This document shows, piece after piece, positions 45,150 to 54,089 of a DNA stretch of 60,210 bases (position 1 is the first letter of the stretch; each line of letters starts with the position of its first letter). A program made the position numbers and the translations under genes. The notes under the pieces are model-generated. The model ran no database searches, was not told where the DNA came from, and saw nothing but the letters and a program-made list of their open reading frames with translations. Origin of the DNA: Nitrososphaeria archaeon (GTDB taxonomy: Archaea > Thermoproteota > Nitrososphaeria > Conexivisphaerales > UBA164); the NCBI GenBank assembly GCA_049967195.1, contig JBMFTE010000002.1, positions 1-60,210 of the forward strand, read 5' to 3'.

Positions 45150-45560
45150 CTAATTTTCCACGATTGGTTTGCCATGGGGGCACCTGCTGGGGTTACCAAT
45201 CCTGTTAAGTACAAGCAAAGCTGTATGTTCGTCTATCATATAATCAAAATTGCTTATCATTTCGCATGCCATGTCTGCGTCACTACCGCATTGCACTAAG
45301 AATGTCTCAAGCGCTCGATGGCCAAGCATTATCTGTCTGTAGACCCTTTTACCATCTTCGCTGAGTATCACCATGCCCCTGCTCCTCTCTATGAGCTTCT
45401 TGCTTTCAAGCCTTTCAAGCAGTTCCTCCACTGTTGGTGGTTTTACCTTCATTGCCTCCGCGATTGTGGAAACCCTCATCGGAAAGCCGCTTTTGGAGCC
45501 CTGCCATATGCTGACTATGCAGTCCCTTTCCTTTTTAGTAATATTAGTATTAACCGTCAT
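45150..45560 (-). CDS. DtxR/MntR-family metal-dependent transcriptional repressor
   Basis: 136 aa. wHTH (VSTIAEAMKVKPPTVEELLERLESKKLI) plus a metal-binding/dimerisation helix region (HRALETFL...DEH...CPHG). Confidence 0.8.
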   Translation of the reverse strand: MTVNTNITKKERDCIVSIWQGSKSGFPMRVSTIAEAMKVKPPTVEELLERLESKKLIERSRGMVILSEDGKRVYRQIMLGHRALETFLVQCGSDADMACEMISNFDYMIDEHTALLVLNRIGNPSRCPHGKPIVEN

Positions 45561-45598
45561 AAATTAGGGTTATACTAATAGTATTTATAAACATATCC

Positions 45599-47029
45599 TC
45601 AAAACTTAATTTTTGCTTCCAGGCCATGCCATTCAATATTAAAGCCCAGCGCCATCAGAGTTGAAATGCTGGCATCAATACCGGCTTTGCTTAAAAAGTT
45701 CAATGCCTGGTTCGCATCGTCAGTATTCAGCTGTAAAATTTCAGTTCTGAGCCTTTCTGCCTTTCCCGAGCTTATTAGGTTTTTTCCGTCAAACAGGTAT
45801 CCTTCATGTATATTTCTGATGAATGCTTCCCTGACTATATCCTCCGGCAGGCCTGTCTCTGAAGCTATCTTGTTTATGCTTACAATGTCACCGGCAACTT
45901 TAACTGACATTGCCCTTTCCAGCATTTTATCCCTCAACGGCCTCTCTAGTTCCATAAGAATTCGATTAACCCTGTACGCGTCGGGTGTTTTTTTGTACAT
46001 AAAGATGTTGCCCCGAATTTCAGGCAGTTTGCCCTTATAGTTTGAAGAATCAATAGCCACTATCAGGTTGTCAACATTCACCTCCTTCAGCTTCCTGAAC
46101 TTCCTTTCAAGGTATTCGGCTGTCCAGAAGCCGACTATCTCCATGTAAACCCTTATCCCCCCCTTTTCAAATAAAAAGTCGGGTATAACCGTATAACTCC
46201 CAGCCCTTAGAGGCTCCGGTTCCCGCTTAATGTCCCAGCCGGTTTTCATGGAAATAAAATCCTGGTAAAACTTTCTCTCAACGCCACTGTCAAAAGTAAT
46301 TTCCCCGCTCCCTGATGACACCGGGTCATCGCTGTTTGCAGTTAGCACCCTGCTCCCTATGCCGGCTTCGATCCACCACTGCTTTGCCTTTGTAATAAAG
46401 TAAAACAGCCTGGAAATGCCCAGACCGTATGCCCTAGTGTTGTGCATAAGGGTAGCCGGGCCGTCCACGGTAATTGATGGACTGTCAAGCTGGTACATGA
46501 GGCCAAACCTCTTAATGGCCCAGATCACCTCTTTCCACCTGTCGGAAACCCAGAACCTCAAGTACGTCGACCTGAGCAGTATTGAACTGACTTCACGGAA
46601 GTTGTACTCGAGTATCACTTCTGATGATTTCGGCTCCCTGAAATCCTTAAGCACTGCATTTTGCGGCAGGTCAGACCACATTGCATTTCTGAAATCATCA
46701 GGAGTAATCCCGAATTTTTTTGCGCCTTCGTTTACTACCCGTGCAGCAGTTTTTGCATCATAATGCCCGATTTCGCTCATCCTAGAAAAGGCAAAATCTC
46801 TCAGTGGTTGAGGGTCAGGACCGATTTTCTGCTCAAATGTGCAGTACGCAAGTAGGATGTCATAGAAACCCCTGACCACCTTATAATCGCCATAGGCTTC
46901 TACCTCCTTAACCCTTGCGTCGATTTCCCCCCTTTTCCTTCCCTTAGAATTTCTTAAAACCTCGGAAATCATATCAGCAAGGTACGCGTGCTCCTGGCCT
47001 GAATATCTTGGCCGGAATTTTACCGTCAA
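45599..47029 (-). CDS. bax1: Bax1 (DUF790) nuclease partner of XPB
   Basis: 476 aa. 4-nt overlap with the upstream XPB gene. Carries the nuclease-domain signature PDFLF...MEIVGFWTAEYLERK. Confidence 0.8.
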   Translation of the reverse strand: MTVKFRPRYSGQEHAYLADMISEVLRNSKGRKRGEIDARVKEVEAYGDYKVVRGFYDILLAYCTFEQKIGPDPQPLRDFAFSRMSEIGHYDAKTAARVVNEGAKKFGITPDDFRNAMWSDLPQNAVLKDFREPKSSEVILEYNFREVSSILLRSTYLRFWVSDRWKEVIWAIKRFGLMYQLDSPSITVDGPATLMHNTRAYGLGISRLFYFITKAKQWWIEAGIGSRVLTANSDDPVSSGSGEITFDSGVERKFYQDFISMKTGWDIKREPEPLRAGSYTVIPDFLFEKGGIRVYMEIVGFWTAEYLERKFRKLKEVNVDNLIVAIDSSNYKGKLPEIRGNIFMYKKTPDAYRVNRILMELERPLRDKMLERAMSVKVAGDIVSINKIASETGLPEDIVREAFIRNIHEGYLFDGKNLISSGKAERLRTEILQLNTDDANQALNFLSKAGIDASISTLMALGFNIEWHGLEAKIKF

Positions 47030-48381
47030 CCTGTATCCCCTGCCATGGATTTTTTGCGTCTGTAACTTGCCCTGGGTTCTGTTGTGTTTCTGGCGACTAT
47101 TTCTATTAGCTCAGCCTGCTTGCCACTTACCTTCCTAAGGATCCTCCCAAGCCTCTGTATGAACTCCCTCGAGCTCCCGGTTCCGCTCATTATTACCCCT
47201 ACAGACGCATCAGGCACGTCTATCCCCTCATCAAGCACCTTTGAAGTAATGACCACTTTGTACCTCCCCTCCCTAAAGCTTTTTAATATAAATTCCCTTT
47301 CTGACTTGGGAGTTACGTGGGTTATTGCGGGCACCAGCAGTAGCTGTGAAACCCTGTAGACAAGTTCGTTGTTCTGTGTGAACACTATAACGCTCTTTCC
47401 CCTGTACTCTTCCAGGATGGTTATCAGAGCGTCAATCTTGCTTCTGGCGTTAAGGGATATCCTGATCGCCTCGTTCCTGGCCAGCAGGGCTCGCCTTGCA
47501 TCTGGGTCTCTGCTGCTCATCATGACCAGCCTGAGCAGGCTTTTGGGTGACCTCATTACTATTCCTTTACTCTTCAGGTATCCAGAATAGATATCGTAGT
47601 TCCTCCTGTAATCCCGGAGCTCATCGTCGTTTAAATCAACCGTTATTCTCCTTAACCTGAATTCAGAAAGGTAAGTTCCCGCAAGGTCGTTGGGAGAAAG
47701 CCTGTAAACCACCGGACCGAGCAGCTTCTTTAACTCTCTGTGCAGGCCGTCCTCCCTCTCAGGGGTTGCAGATAGGCCCATCCTGTGTGGTGCCACGGAG
47801 TACAGCGCTATTTCAGAATAGCTTGGCGCAGGCAGGTGATGACATTCGTCAGCTATAAGCAGGTTGAACCTGTTGCCAGCATGCATTATGCTGCTAAGAG
47901 CTGAATCATAGGTTGCCACGGTTACAGGTTGTATTTCATGCTTGCCACCGCCAAGCTCGCCGGCCCTGATGCCAAGCACATCATTTACGGTTCTGGTCCA
48001 CTGGTTCATTAGGTCGATTGTAGGAACAAGTATCAGCGCACTCTCACGAAGCTCATAAATGGCCCTCAGCGCTATCATGGTCTTGCCCCCTCCCGTGGGC
48101 AGCACTATAACGCCTCTCATGCCTGCCGACTTCCACATGTCGAGTGCCTCCCGCTGGTACTTCCTCAGCACTCCAGTAAATTGGCATGCATCCAGTGGAG
48201 GTGTATCCAGAACCTCATCAATATATTCAGCGCCGGACCTTTCCAGGTCATCCCTCAAACTGCGGTAGTCAATGCCCAGGCACCTGTAATTGCCTGACCT
48301 TTCGTCAAACTTTACAAAGGGAAGGTCAACCTTCTCATTTATTACTACAGTTCCTCCCTGATACTTGAGCTTTAAAACCAA
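47026..48381 (-). CDS. xpb: XPB/Rad25-type SF2 DNA helicase
   Basis: LRKYQREAL, LPTGGGKT, ADECHH, TSKVLDEGIDVPDA and RLGRILR motifs. Confidence 0.88.
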   Translation of the reverse strand: MVLKLKYQGGTVVINEKVDLPFVKFDERSGNYRCLGIDYRSLRDDLERSGAEYIDEVLDTPPLDACQFTGVLRKYQREALDMWKSAGMRGVIVLPTGGGKTMIALRAIYELRESALILVPTIDLMNQWTRTVNDVLGIRAGELGGGKHEIQPVTVATYDSALSSIMHAGNRFNLLIADECHHLPAPSYSEIALYSVAPHRMGLSATPEREDGLHRELKKLLGPVVYRLSPNDLAGTYLSEFRLRRITVDLNDDELRDYRRNYDIYSGYLKSKGIVMRSPKSLLRLVMMSSRDPDARRALLARNEAIRISLNARSKIDALITILEEYRGKSVIVFTQNNELVYRVSQLLLVPAITHVTPKSEREFILKSFREGRYKVVITSKVLDEGIDVPDASVGVIMSGTGSSREFIQRLGRILRKVSGKQAELIEIVARNTTEPRASYRRKKSMAGDTG

Positions 48382-48480
48382 TGCATATAGATTATAGCAT
48401 AAAAATATTAACGTTCCTGTCTAAAATATTTTTAAACCTTAATGTGTAAACATAGATCATTGAATCAGCTCAGCTTCATA

Positions 48481-49626
48481 ATGGTTGCAAAGGGGTTCAG
48501 GACATTTATTTTTGGCGCTGTGAGCGTCATGACCCCCATTTACCTTTCCGTGCTTGGATATTCGCCATTTTACGTGGGGCTTGCCCTTTTTACCATTGTT
48601 GCCGGTAATGTAATGTCAAACGTTCTTCTGACTTGGTACGGGAACATGTTTGGAAGGAAGAGGTTCCTTCTGGTTTTTAGCGTCCTGATGGTGGTTTCCG
48701 GGCTGGTACTGTACTCAACGACCGCGATATGGATGATATTTTTGGCACTTTTTCTGGGCAACATAAGCACAACAGGCACTGAAGCAGGACCATTCCAGTC
48801 TATTGAAACCGGTGTTATGCCATCAATGGTTCAGGAGTCAAGGAGAAGCAGGACCTTTGGGGTCTATAACCTTATAGGTTACGGCGCTTCATCGGTCGGC
48901 GCGCTGGCCTCTTCGCTGCCGGCGTATTTCAGGGATTCCATAACCGCTTTTAAGTGGATATACCTTGCTTATGCGCTAGTGGGACTGCTGTTATTCACAG
49001 TGTACACCACGCTGAAGAATATCGAGGCTCCCAAAAAAGGCATCGGCCTTGGCCATATGAGCGGGGTAGGCCTTAATGATATGAAGAAACTTTCGTTGCT
49101 TTTTTCAATGGATGCTTTTGGTGGGGGATTCGTGACCCAGTCTATCATGTCATACTGGTTCTACCTTGCCTACCATGTATCTCTGAAAGATCTGGGGGCT
49201 ATATTTATGGTGGTGAACATAATTACTGCGCTGTCAATACTGGGCGCATCGTTTATTGCAGAAAGGATAGGCAACCTGAGAACTATGGTGTTCACCCATC
49301 TGATTTCGAGCACCTTCCTGATAATGATACCTTTTGCGGGCTCGCTTGCGGGCAGCCTCGTGTTCCTCTTCCTAAGGCAGAGCACATCACAGATGGATGT
49401 GCCGACCAGGCAGGCTTTTATGGCGCATATATTTGGGGAAAGCGAAAGGGTGTCCGCTAATGCAGTAACAAATACCTTCAGGAGCTTAAGTTCGCTTCCA
49501 GGGTCGCCAGCTGTAGGGCTGGCACTCTCTGCAGGAATGCTTTATATTCCATATGTTATTGGGGGCGGAACCAAGATGCTTTATGATGCATCCATATTTG
49601 TTTCATACAGGAAGAGAACTCGCTAA
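48481..49626 (+). CDS. MFS transporter
   Basis: About 12 hydrophobic segments with the GNMFGRKR loop motif between TM2 and TM3. ATG 48481. Confidence 0.8.
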   Translation: MVAKGFRTFIFGAVSVMTPIYLSVLGYSPFYVGLALFTIVAGNVMSNVLLTWYGNMFGRKRFLLVFSVLMVVSGLVLYSTTAIWMIFLALFLGNISTTGTEAGPFQSIETGVMPSMVQESRRSRTFGVYNLIGYGASSVGALASSLPAYFRDSITAFKWIYLAYALVGLLLFTVYTTLKNIEAPKKGIGLGHMSGVGLNDMKKLSLLFSMDAFGGGFVTQSIMSYWFYLAYHVSLKDLGAIFMVVNIITALSILGASFIAERIGNLRTMVFTHLISSTFLIMIPFAGSLAGSLVFLFLRQSTSQMDVPTRQAFMAHIFGESERVSANAVTNTFRSLSSLPGSPAVGLALSAGMLYIPYVIGGGTKMLYDASIFVSYRKRTR

Positions 49627-49659
49627 AGCTTAATATATGCCCTGCTGAAAGTGATATTC

Positions 49660-49905
49660 ATGTCATATGGAACACCCGAACTGGTTGATTTTGAAGAGGA
49701 AGGCGGAGAACACTGGATAACCCTCAAGCTCAAGGATGGTGCAGTAATAAAGGTCAAGACGGAAATAGCCGGCGTGCTGAGAATGGGCAACGACCCCAAC
49801 ACCGGTATACCGGTTTATGCAGTGCAGGCAACAAACGTGATAAGGCTTGTAAATGTGCCAAAGGACCTTATGAGGAAGAAGCAACCTGGCGAAACTTATG
49901 GCTGA
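49660..49905 (+). CDS. Small hypothetical protein (81 aa) co-transcribed with the ABC transporter
   Basis: ATG 49660. Beta-rich sequence HWITLKLKDGAVIKVKTEIAGVLRMG. Overlaps the ABC ATPase start by 8 nt. Confidence 0.5.
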   Translation: MSYGTPELVDFEEEGGEHWITLKLKDGAVIKVKTEIAGVLRMGNDPNTGIPVYAVQATNVIRLVNVPKDLMRKKQPGETYG

Positions 49906-50641
49906 CAGCGCGCTGGAAGTCACTAAACTAATCGTAAGATATACGGAAAGGGTTGCTGTAGACGAGCTGAGTTTCAGCGTAAAGGGCGGGGAGATATACG
50001 GCCTGCTTGGCCCAAACGGCGCTGGTAAATCATCAACAATAAAGGCGGTTCTGGGGCTTGTCAAATATACTGGGAAAATTGACATACTTGGGATGGGGCC
50101 GCCGTCGTCAAGGATTATGAACAGCATTGGCGTTGTAATGGAAACGCCAGCACTACTTGAAGCGTTAACGCCCAGAGAATTCCTTGAGTTTGCAGGCTCA
50201 GTGAGGGGCTCGTTTGATCAGAAGAGGGTTGAAGCATTAGTTGACGCGTTTGAGCTCAGGGAATACATGGACATGCCCATGGCTTCGCTTTCTGCCGGTA
50301 ACAAGCAGAAAGTGTCTGTCGTTTCCGCACTTATGCACAGGCCAAAGCTGCTGCTGCTCGATGAGCCGTTCAATGCCCTTGATGTAAAATCCGTGAGAAT
50401 AATGAAGGGGCTGATACAGAAGCATGTTGATGATGGCGGTGCCGTGCTGTTCTCAACGCATATAATGGAGGTTGCAGAGAAGATATGCACCAGAATTGGA
50501 ATAATAAATTCAGGAAAGATAATGGCAGAGGGCACGCTGCAGGAAATAGAGGAACAGGCCAATGCCGGTAACCTTGAAGATGCATTCCTGAAAACAATCC
50601 ACGCCGACGAACAGATAAAGTCACTGCTGGAAGGGCTTTAG
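49898..50641 (+). CDS. ABC transporter ATP-binding protein
   Basis: Walker A GPNGAGKSS, signature LSAGNKQK, Walker B LLLLDEP. Confidence 0.92.
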   Translation: MADSALEVTKLIVRYTERVAVDELSFSVKGGEIYGLLGPNGAGKSSTIKAVLGLVKYTGKIDILGMGPPSSRIMNSIGVVMETPALLEALTPREFLEFAGSVRGSFDQKRVEALVDAFELREYMDMPMASLSAGNKQKVSVVSALMHRPKLLLLDEPFNALDVKSVRIMKGLIQKHVDDGGAVLFSTHIMEVAEKICTRIGIINSGKIMAEGTLQEIEEQANAGNLEDAFLKTIHADEQIKSLLEGL

Positions 50642-50643
50642 TC

Positions 50644-52122
50644 ATGTATAGCGTCAGGAAGGTTGCGTCCACAGTTTACAGGGAGCTTCTGTTTCAGGGA
50701 TACACCGCTTCCAGGCTTTCCGGGATGCGGCCTTCAAATTCAAGGTCAGCTATCAGGGCATCAAAGTGGAACAAGGTTATACTAAGTGTAACATACGGCG
50801 GCATACTTGCCGCAATGAGTGTAATCTCGTATATCATTGGCAGGCCTTATTCAAGTTCACTTGAAGCGTTTGTATGGTCCTTCTTCATGGTGACAATCTC
50901 ATCCCTTAACATGTCATTTGCAACGCAGCAGTCAGGCTACATAAGGGACCTGCTGTTGACCTTGTCTGTAAATGATAGCGACTTTTCAAGAATAGCATCG
51001 CTTTCCTTCTTCATGACAATGGACTTTCCGGTCTACAGCGCGGTAGCGGTAACGGCAGTAATTTCGATGTTTTTCGGTGGGTTTCCATATTCATTCATGG
51101 GCTCAATTCAGGGCATAGCTCTGGGGATAGCCACAACGTCGGTATTTGTAATAGTTGGCAACAAGGGCTCCAGCAGGCCGAGGCTCAGGTCAATTTTTAG
51201 GGTCGTGTCAATATTGCCGCTGATGGTTGTTGTGATGTTCAGTAGCTATATAATGGAGATCAGCCCCGCGGGCATGAACCACGCCCTTTCGCTTCTGCCG
51301 GTAACCAGCACATTCTTTGGCGGGGAAGGGGTCATTTACGCCGTTATAACTCTGATTTACACTGCAATATTTATTGCACTTGCAGTACTGCTCTTCCTCA
51401 GAGCCAGCGGCCTCATCCTTTCCACTCAGGAAATTTACACGTCATTGCGCAGGAAGGCTGCGCGCAACTTTAACATCAGGGGAAGCATGGGTGCCCTGCT
51501 GAGGGTGGACATGGTGCAGTCATTCAGGTCCAGGATAGCTGGCATTTGGGCATTGCCATTCGGGTACCTGATAGCGGCAATTGCTTCAGCATTTTCCAAT
51601 GGTTCATACATATCTAGAAACACGTTCATGTTCATAGTTTCATATCCAATGATTCTCGGGATAATGCTTTCGTTTTTGCCATATGCGCTATACCTGAGTG
51701 AAATCAGGGGTGCAATAGCCTTCAGGATATTGCCAATATCGCCAATCAGGAACTTGATGAGCAAGGAGGCAATTGCGGTAGCAGCATATTATGCTGCTGA
51801 AGTGCCCATGATGCTGCTGCTTTTATTTTACAGGGCAAGTATACTCTCGCTGGTGCCCCTGCTGCTGGGTTTCGGGCCGCTATTTGCTTCTACAGCGTTC
51901 ATGGCAATCTTTTTTGAAAAGACAGTAAAGGAAGGCGGAGCCCTTTCAACTCTTTACACGATAGTATACGGGATTGTCACTCTCATAATTGATGCAATAC
52001 CCCTTGGGTCTTTCATCATCCTGTATATTTTTATGCATAGCTACATTTACCCTTCACTTGCAATGCTTGCGGTTTCGCTGATAGAGGCTGCAGTAATGAT
52101 GGTACCACTTTCAAAAAAATGA
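50644..52122 (+). CDS. ABC transporter permease-like polytopic membrane protein
   Basis: 492 aa with more than 10 hydrophobic segments. Starts 2 nt after the ATPase stop. Confidence 0.75.
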   Translation: MYSVRKVASTVYRELLFQGYTASRLSGMRPSNSRSAIRASKWNKVILSVTYGGILAAMSVISYIIGRPYSSSLEAFVWSFFMVTISSLNMSFATQQSGYIRDLLLTLSVNDSDFSRIASLSFFMTMDFPVYSAVAVTAVISMFFGGFPYSFMGSIQGIALGIATTSVFVIVGNKGSSRPRLRSIFRVVSILPLMVVVMFSSYIMEISPAGMNHALSLLPVTSTFFGGEGVIYAVITLIYTAIFIALAVLLFLRASGLILSTQEIYTSLRRKAARNFNIRGSMGALLRVDMVQSFRSRIAGIWALPFGYLIAAIASAFSNGSYISRNTFMFIVSYPMILGIMLSFLPYALYLSEIRGAIAFRILPISPIRNLMSKEAIAVAAYYAAEVPMMLLLLFYRASILSLVPLLLGFGPLFASTAFMAIFFEKTVKEGGALSTLYTIVYGIVTLIIDAIPLGSFIILYIFMHSYIYPSLAMLAVSLIEAAVMMVPLSKK

Positions 52123-52226
52123 CCAAATAATAAACCTGACACCAGTGAAAATACGTTGTCAATTAAGAGGCGTTTAGAGCTTGTTGAATCTCAATTCTAT
52201 GTCCCATCAACAGCAAAAAAATTTTC

Positions 52227-52574
52227 TCAAAAATTAAGCAAGTAGGGCAAAAAAGAGAGAGCAGGAAGTAAACAAACGAAAGGTGCGGCCATAAATAGCT
52301 TTGACGTGTTGAGGAACCACCTTGACGGGCCAAATTTCAGCTGGAATAGCAGCGGAGCATTCCGCGCTAGTAGGCAAAGTGTGAACGGCATCCCGAGCCA
52401 CCCCCTGATTGCCACAAGGGTAGGCACCATTGCCTGTATCGCGTTTGCCGACAGCCTCTGCGTGAGCAGCATTCTGGCAAACTTCTCGACCAGCTCCGCG
52501 TCTCCTGATTTTTTGCTGAGCCTGTTCAGCCGTTTCTCAAGATTTGCCCTGCTATGGCATATGTCATTGTTCAT
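52227..52574 (-). CDS. Hypothetical protein (115 aa); N-terminal 60 aa faintly resemble an integrase SAM-like N-domain
   Basis: The ATG has a TATA-like GTTTTAAGCG about 25 nt upstream on the minus strand. The C-terminal half is hydrophobic and low quality. No catalytic integrase domain follows in any frame. Confidence 0.3.
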   Translation of the reverse strand: MNNDICHSRANLEKRLNRLSKKSGDAELVEKFARMLLTQRLSANAIQAMVPTLVAIRGWLGMPFTLCLLARNAPLLFQLKFGPSRWFLNTSKLFMAAPFVCLLPALSFLPYLLNF

Positions 52575-52640
52575 AATGATATTATTTGCCGTGGCGCTTA
52601 AAACATCAGTATTGGCCTTTAGGGCTCTGTTGGAGCCCCC

Positions 52641-54053
52641 TCAATATGCCTGCACAGCCTTCTCATATCCCTTGGCCATCATTCTGGCAAGCCGGAAGCT
52701 CCTCCTGATCGTTTTCATTATCAGCGGAAGCATGTACCTCCTCTTTGCCAGATACCCCAGCCTCAGGTAGAAAACCCTGTATGCATCTGTAAGCTTCCTT
52801 GCTACCAGATTTGCCGAATACCCGAAAGCCTCATACTTGATAAGCGGATGCAACACGGTGTAAAGTGTCCAGTCCTTTGTCGCTATCAGGCCATTTTTGT
52901 CAAGGTCATAGTAAATTGGCGTCCCTGGGAAAGGAGTTAGTATGGAGAACTGCGCATAATCAGAATTGAGCTTAACCGAGAATTTGATAGTCTGGTCCAT
53001 TTCCTCTGGGGTCTCTCCGGGAAAGCCGATGATATATGAACATAAAACCCCCACTTTGTACTTCTTAGCAAGGTTGACCGCGCTGACCGCCTGGTCAAGC
53101 TTTATCCCCTTCTGCATCAGGTCAAGCACTCTCTGAGAACCGGATTCTACACCAAAGTACATGTTAGTTGTGCCGCCCCTCTTCAGGTCCTGCATCAGGC
53201 CCTCGTTGATCGTGTTGACCCTGCTTGAAAGGGCCAACTTTATGTCAAGCTTTTCGTCAACTATGGACCTCATAACCTGCGATGCCCTCTTCATGTTAAG
53301 CGTGAACGTATCATCTATGAACTCTATATCCCTTACGTGGTACTTCTGCTGAACGTCTCTGATTTCATCTATCACGTTCTGCACGCTCCTGGTCCTGTAC
53401 CTCCTGCCCATCATCTCAGAAGAAGAGCAGTACTGGCAGCGGAAGGTGCAGCCCCTAGTGGTCATTATTGGGGCTTCAAGCACGCCATTCCACCTGTACC
53501 TTTCATAAGATACTAGGTCCCTAGCTGGGAATGGTACTTCATCTAGGTTTTCAATCATAGGCCTAGGCTGATTGAGTTTTATGCCACCACCTTTGTTGTA
53601 TGCTATTCCCCTGACGCTGTCAAGAGACTTACCGCTTTCATAGGTTCCAATAAGGTCATCAAGCGTTGCTTCACCTTCGCCCATCGCCGCTACATCTATG
53701 CCTTCCTGCGAAAGTGCTTCATCCGGCATAAATGTAACGTGTGGGCCACCAATCACCGTGAGCGCGTTTGGCACCGCCTTTTTTATTGCGGAAAGAAGCC
53801 TGTATGCCACCTTTACCGTAGATGTGAAAGCCGTCATGCCCACAACCTTGGGCGATAATGAACTGACATATGATGTAACCTGCTCCTTTGTCATGTTTTC
53901 CATGTCAAGGTCCAGTATTCTGGGCGTGTACCCCTTCGCCCTGACATAGCCAGCAAGGTACATCGAAGCCATAGGAGGACCGTGAAGTTCAAGGAGGGTT
54001 TTTAGCTCTGCGTTCTGCGGGGGATTTATCAGCAGAACATCTACAGAATTCAT
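52641..54053 (-). CDS. B12-binding-domain radical SAM enzyme
   Basis: 470 aa. N-terminal cobalamin-binding-like domain (VLLINPP...) and the CxxxCxxC cluster motif TTRGCTFRCQYCSS. Confidence 0.85.
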   Translation of the reverse strand: MNSVDVLLINPPQNAELKTLLELHGPPMASMYLAGYVRAKGYTPRILDLDMENMTKEQVTSYVSSLSPKVVGMTAFTSTVKVAYRLLSAIKKAVPNALTVIGGPHVTFMPDEALSQEGIDVAAMGEGEATLDDLIGTYESGKSLDSVRGIAYNKGGGIKLNQPRPMIENLDEVPFPARDLVSYERYRWNGVLEAPIMTTRGCTFRCQYCSSSEMMGRRYRTRSVQNVIDEIRDVQQKYHVRDIEFIDDTFTLNMKRASQVMRSIVDEKLDIKLALSSRVNTINEGLMQDLKRGGTTNMYFGVESGSQRVLDLMQKGIKLDQAVSAVNLAKKYKVGVLCSYIIGFPGETPEEMDQTIKFSVKLNSDYAQFSILTPFPGTPIYYDLDKNGLIATKDWTLYTVLHPLIKYEAFGYSANLVARKLTDAYRVFYLRLGYLAKRRYMLPLIMKTIRRSFRLARMMAKGYEKAVQAY

Positions 54054-54089
54054 AATGGAGTTCCTGTAAGAAACGAATAAAAACCTTTC

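Noticed and set aside
52300-52560. GC-richer tract as SRP RNA or RNase P RNA
   Set aside because: I could not find the conserved SRP helix-8 GGAA/AGCA arrangement or the RNase P GAGGAAAGTCC-type CR-I block, and no convincing long-range pairing by eye. It is left as unexplained.
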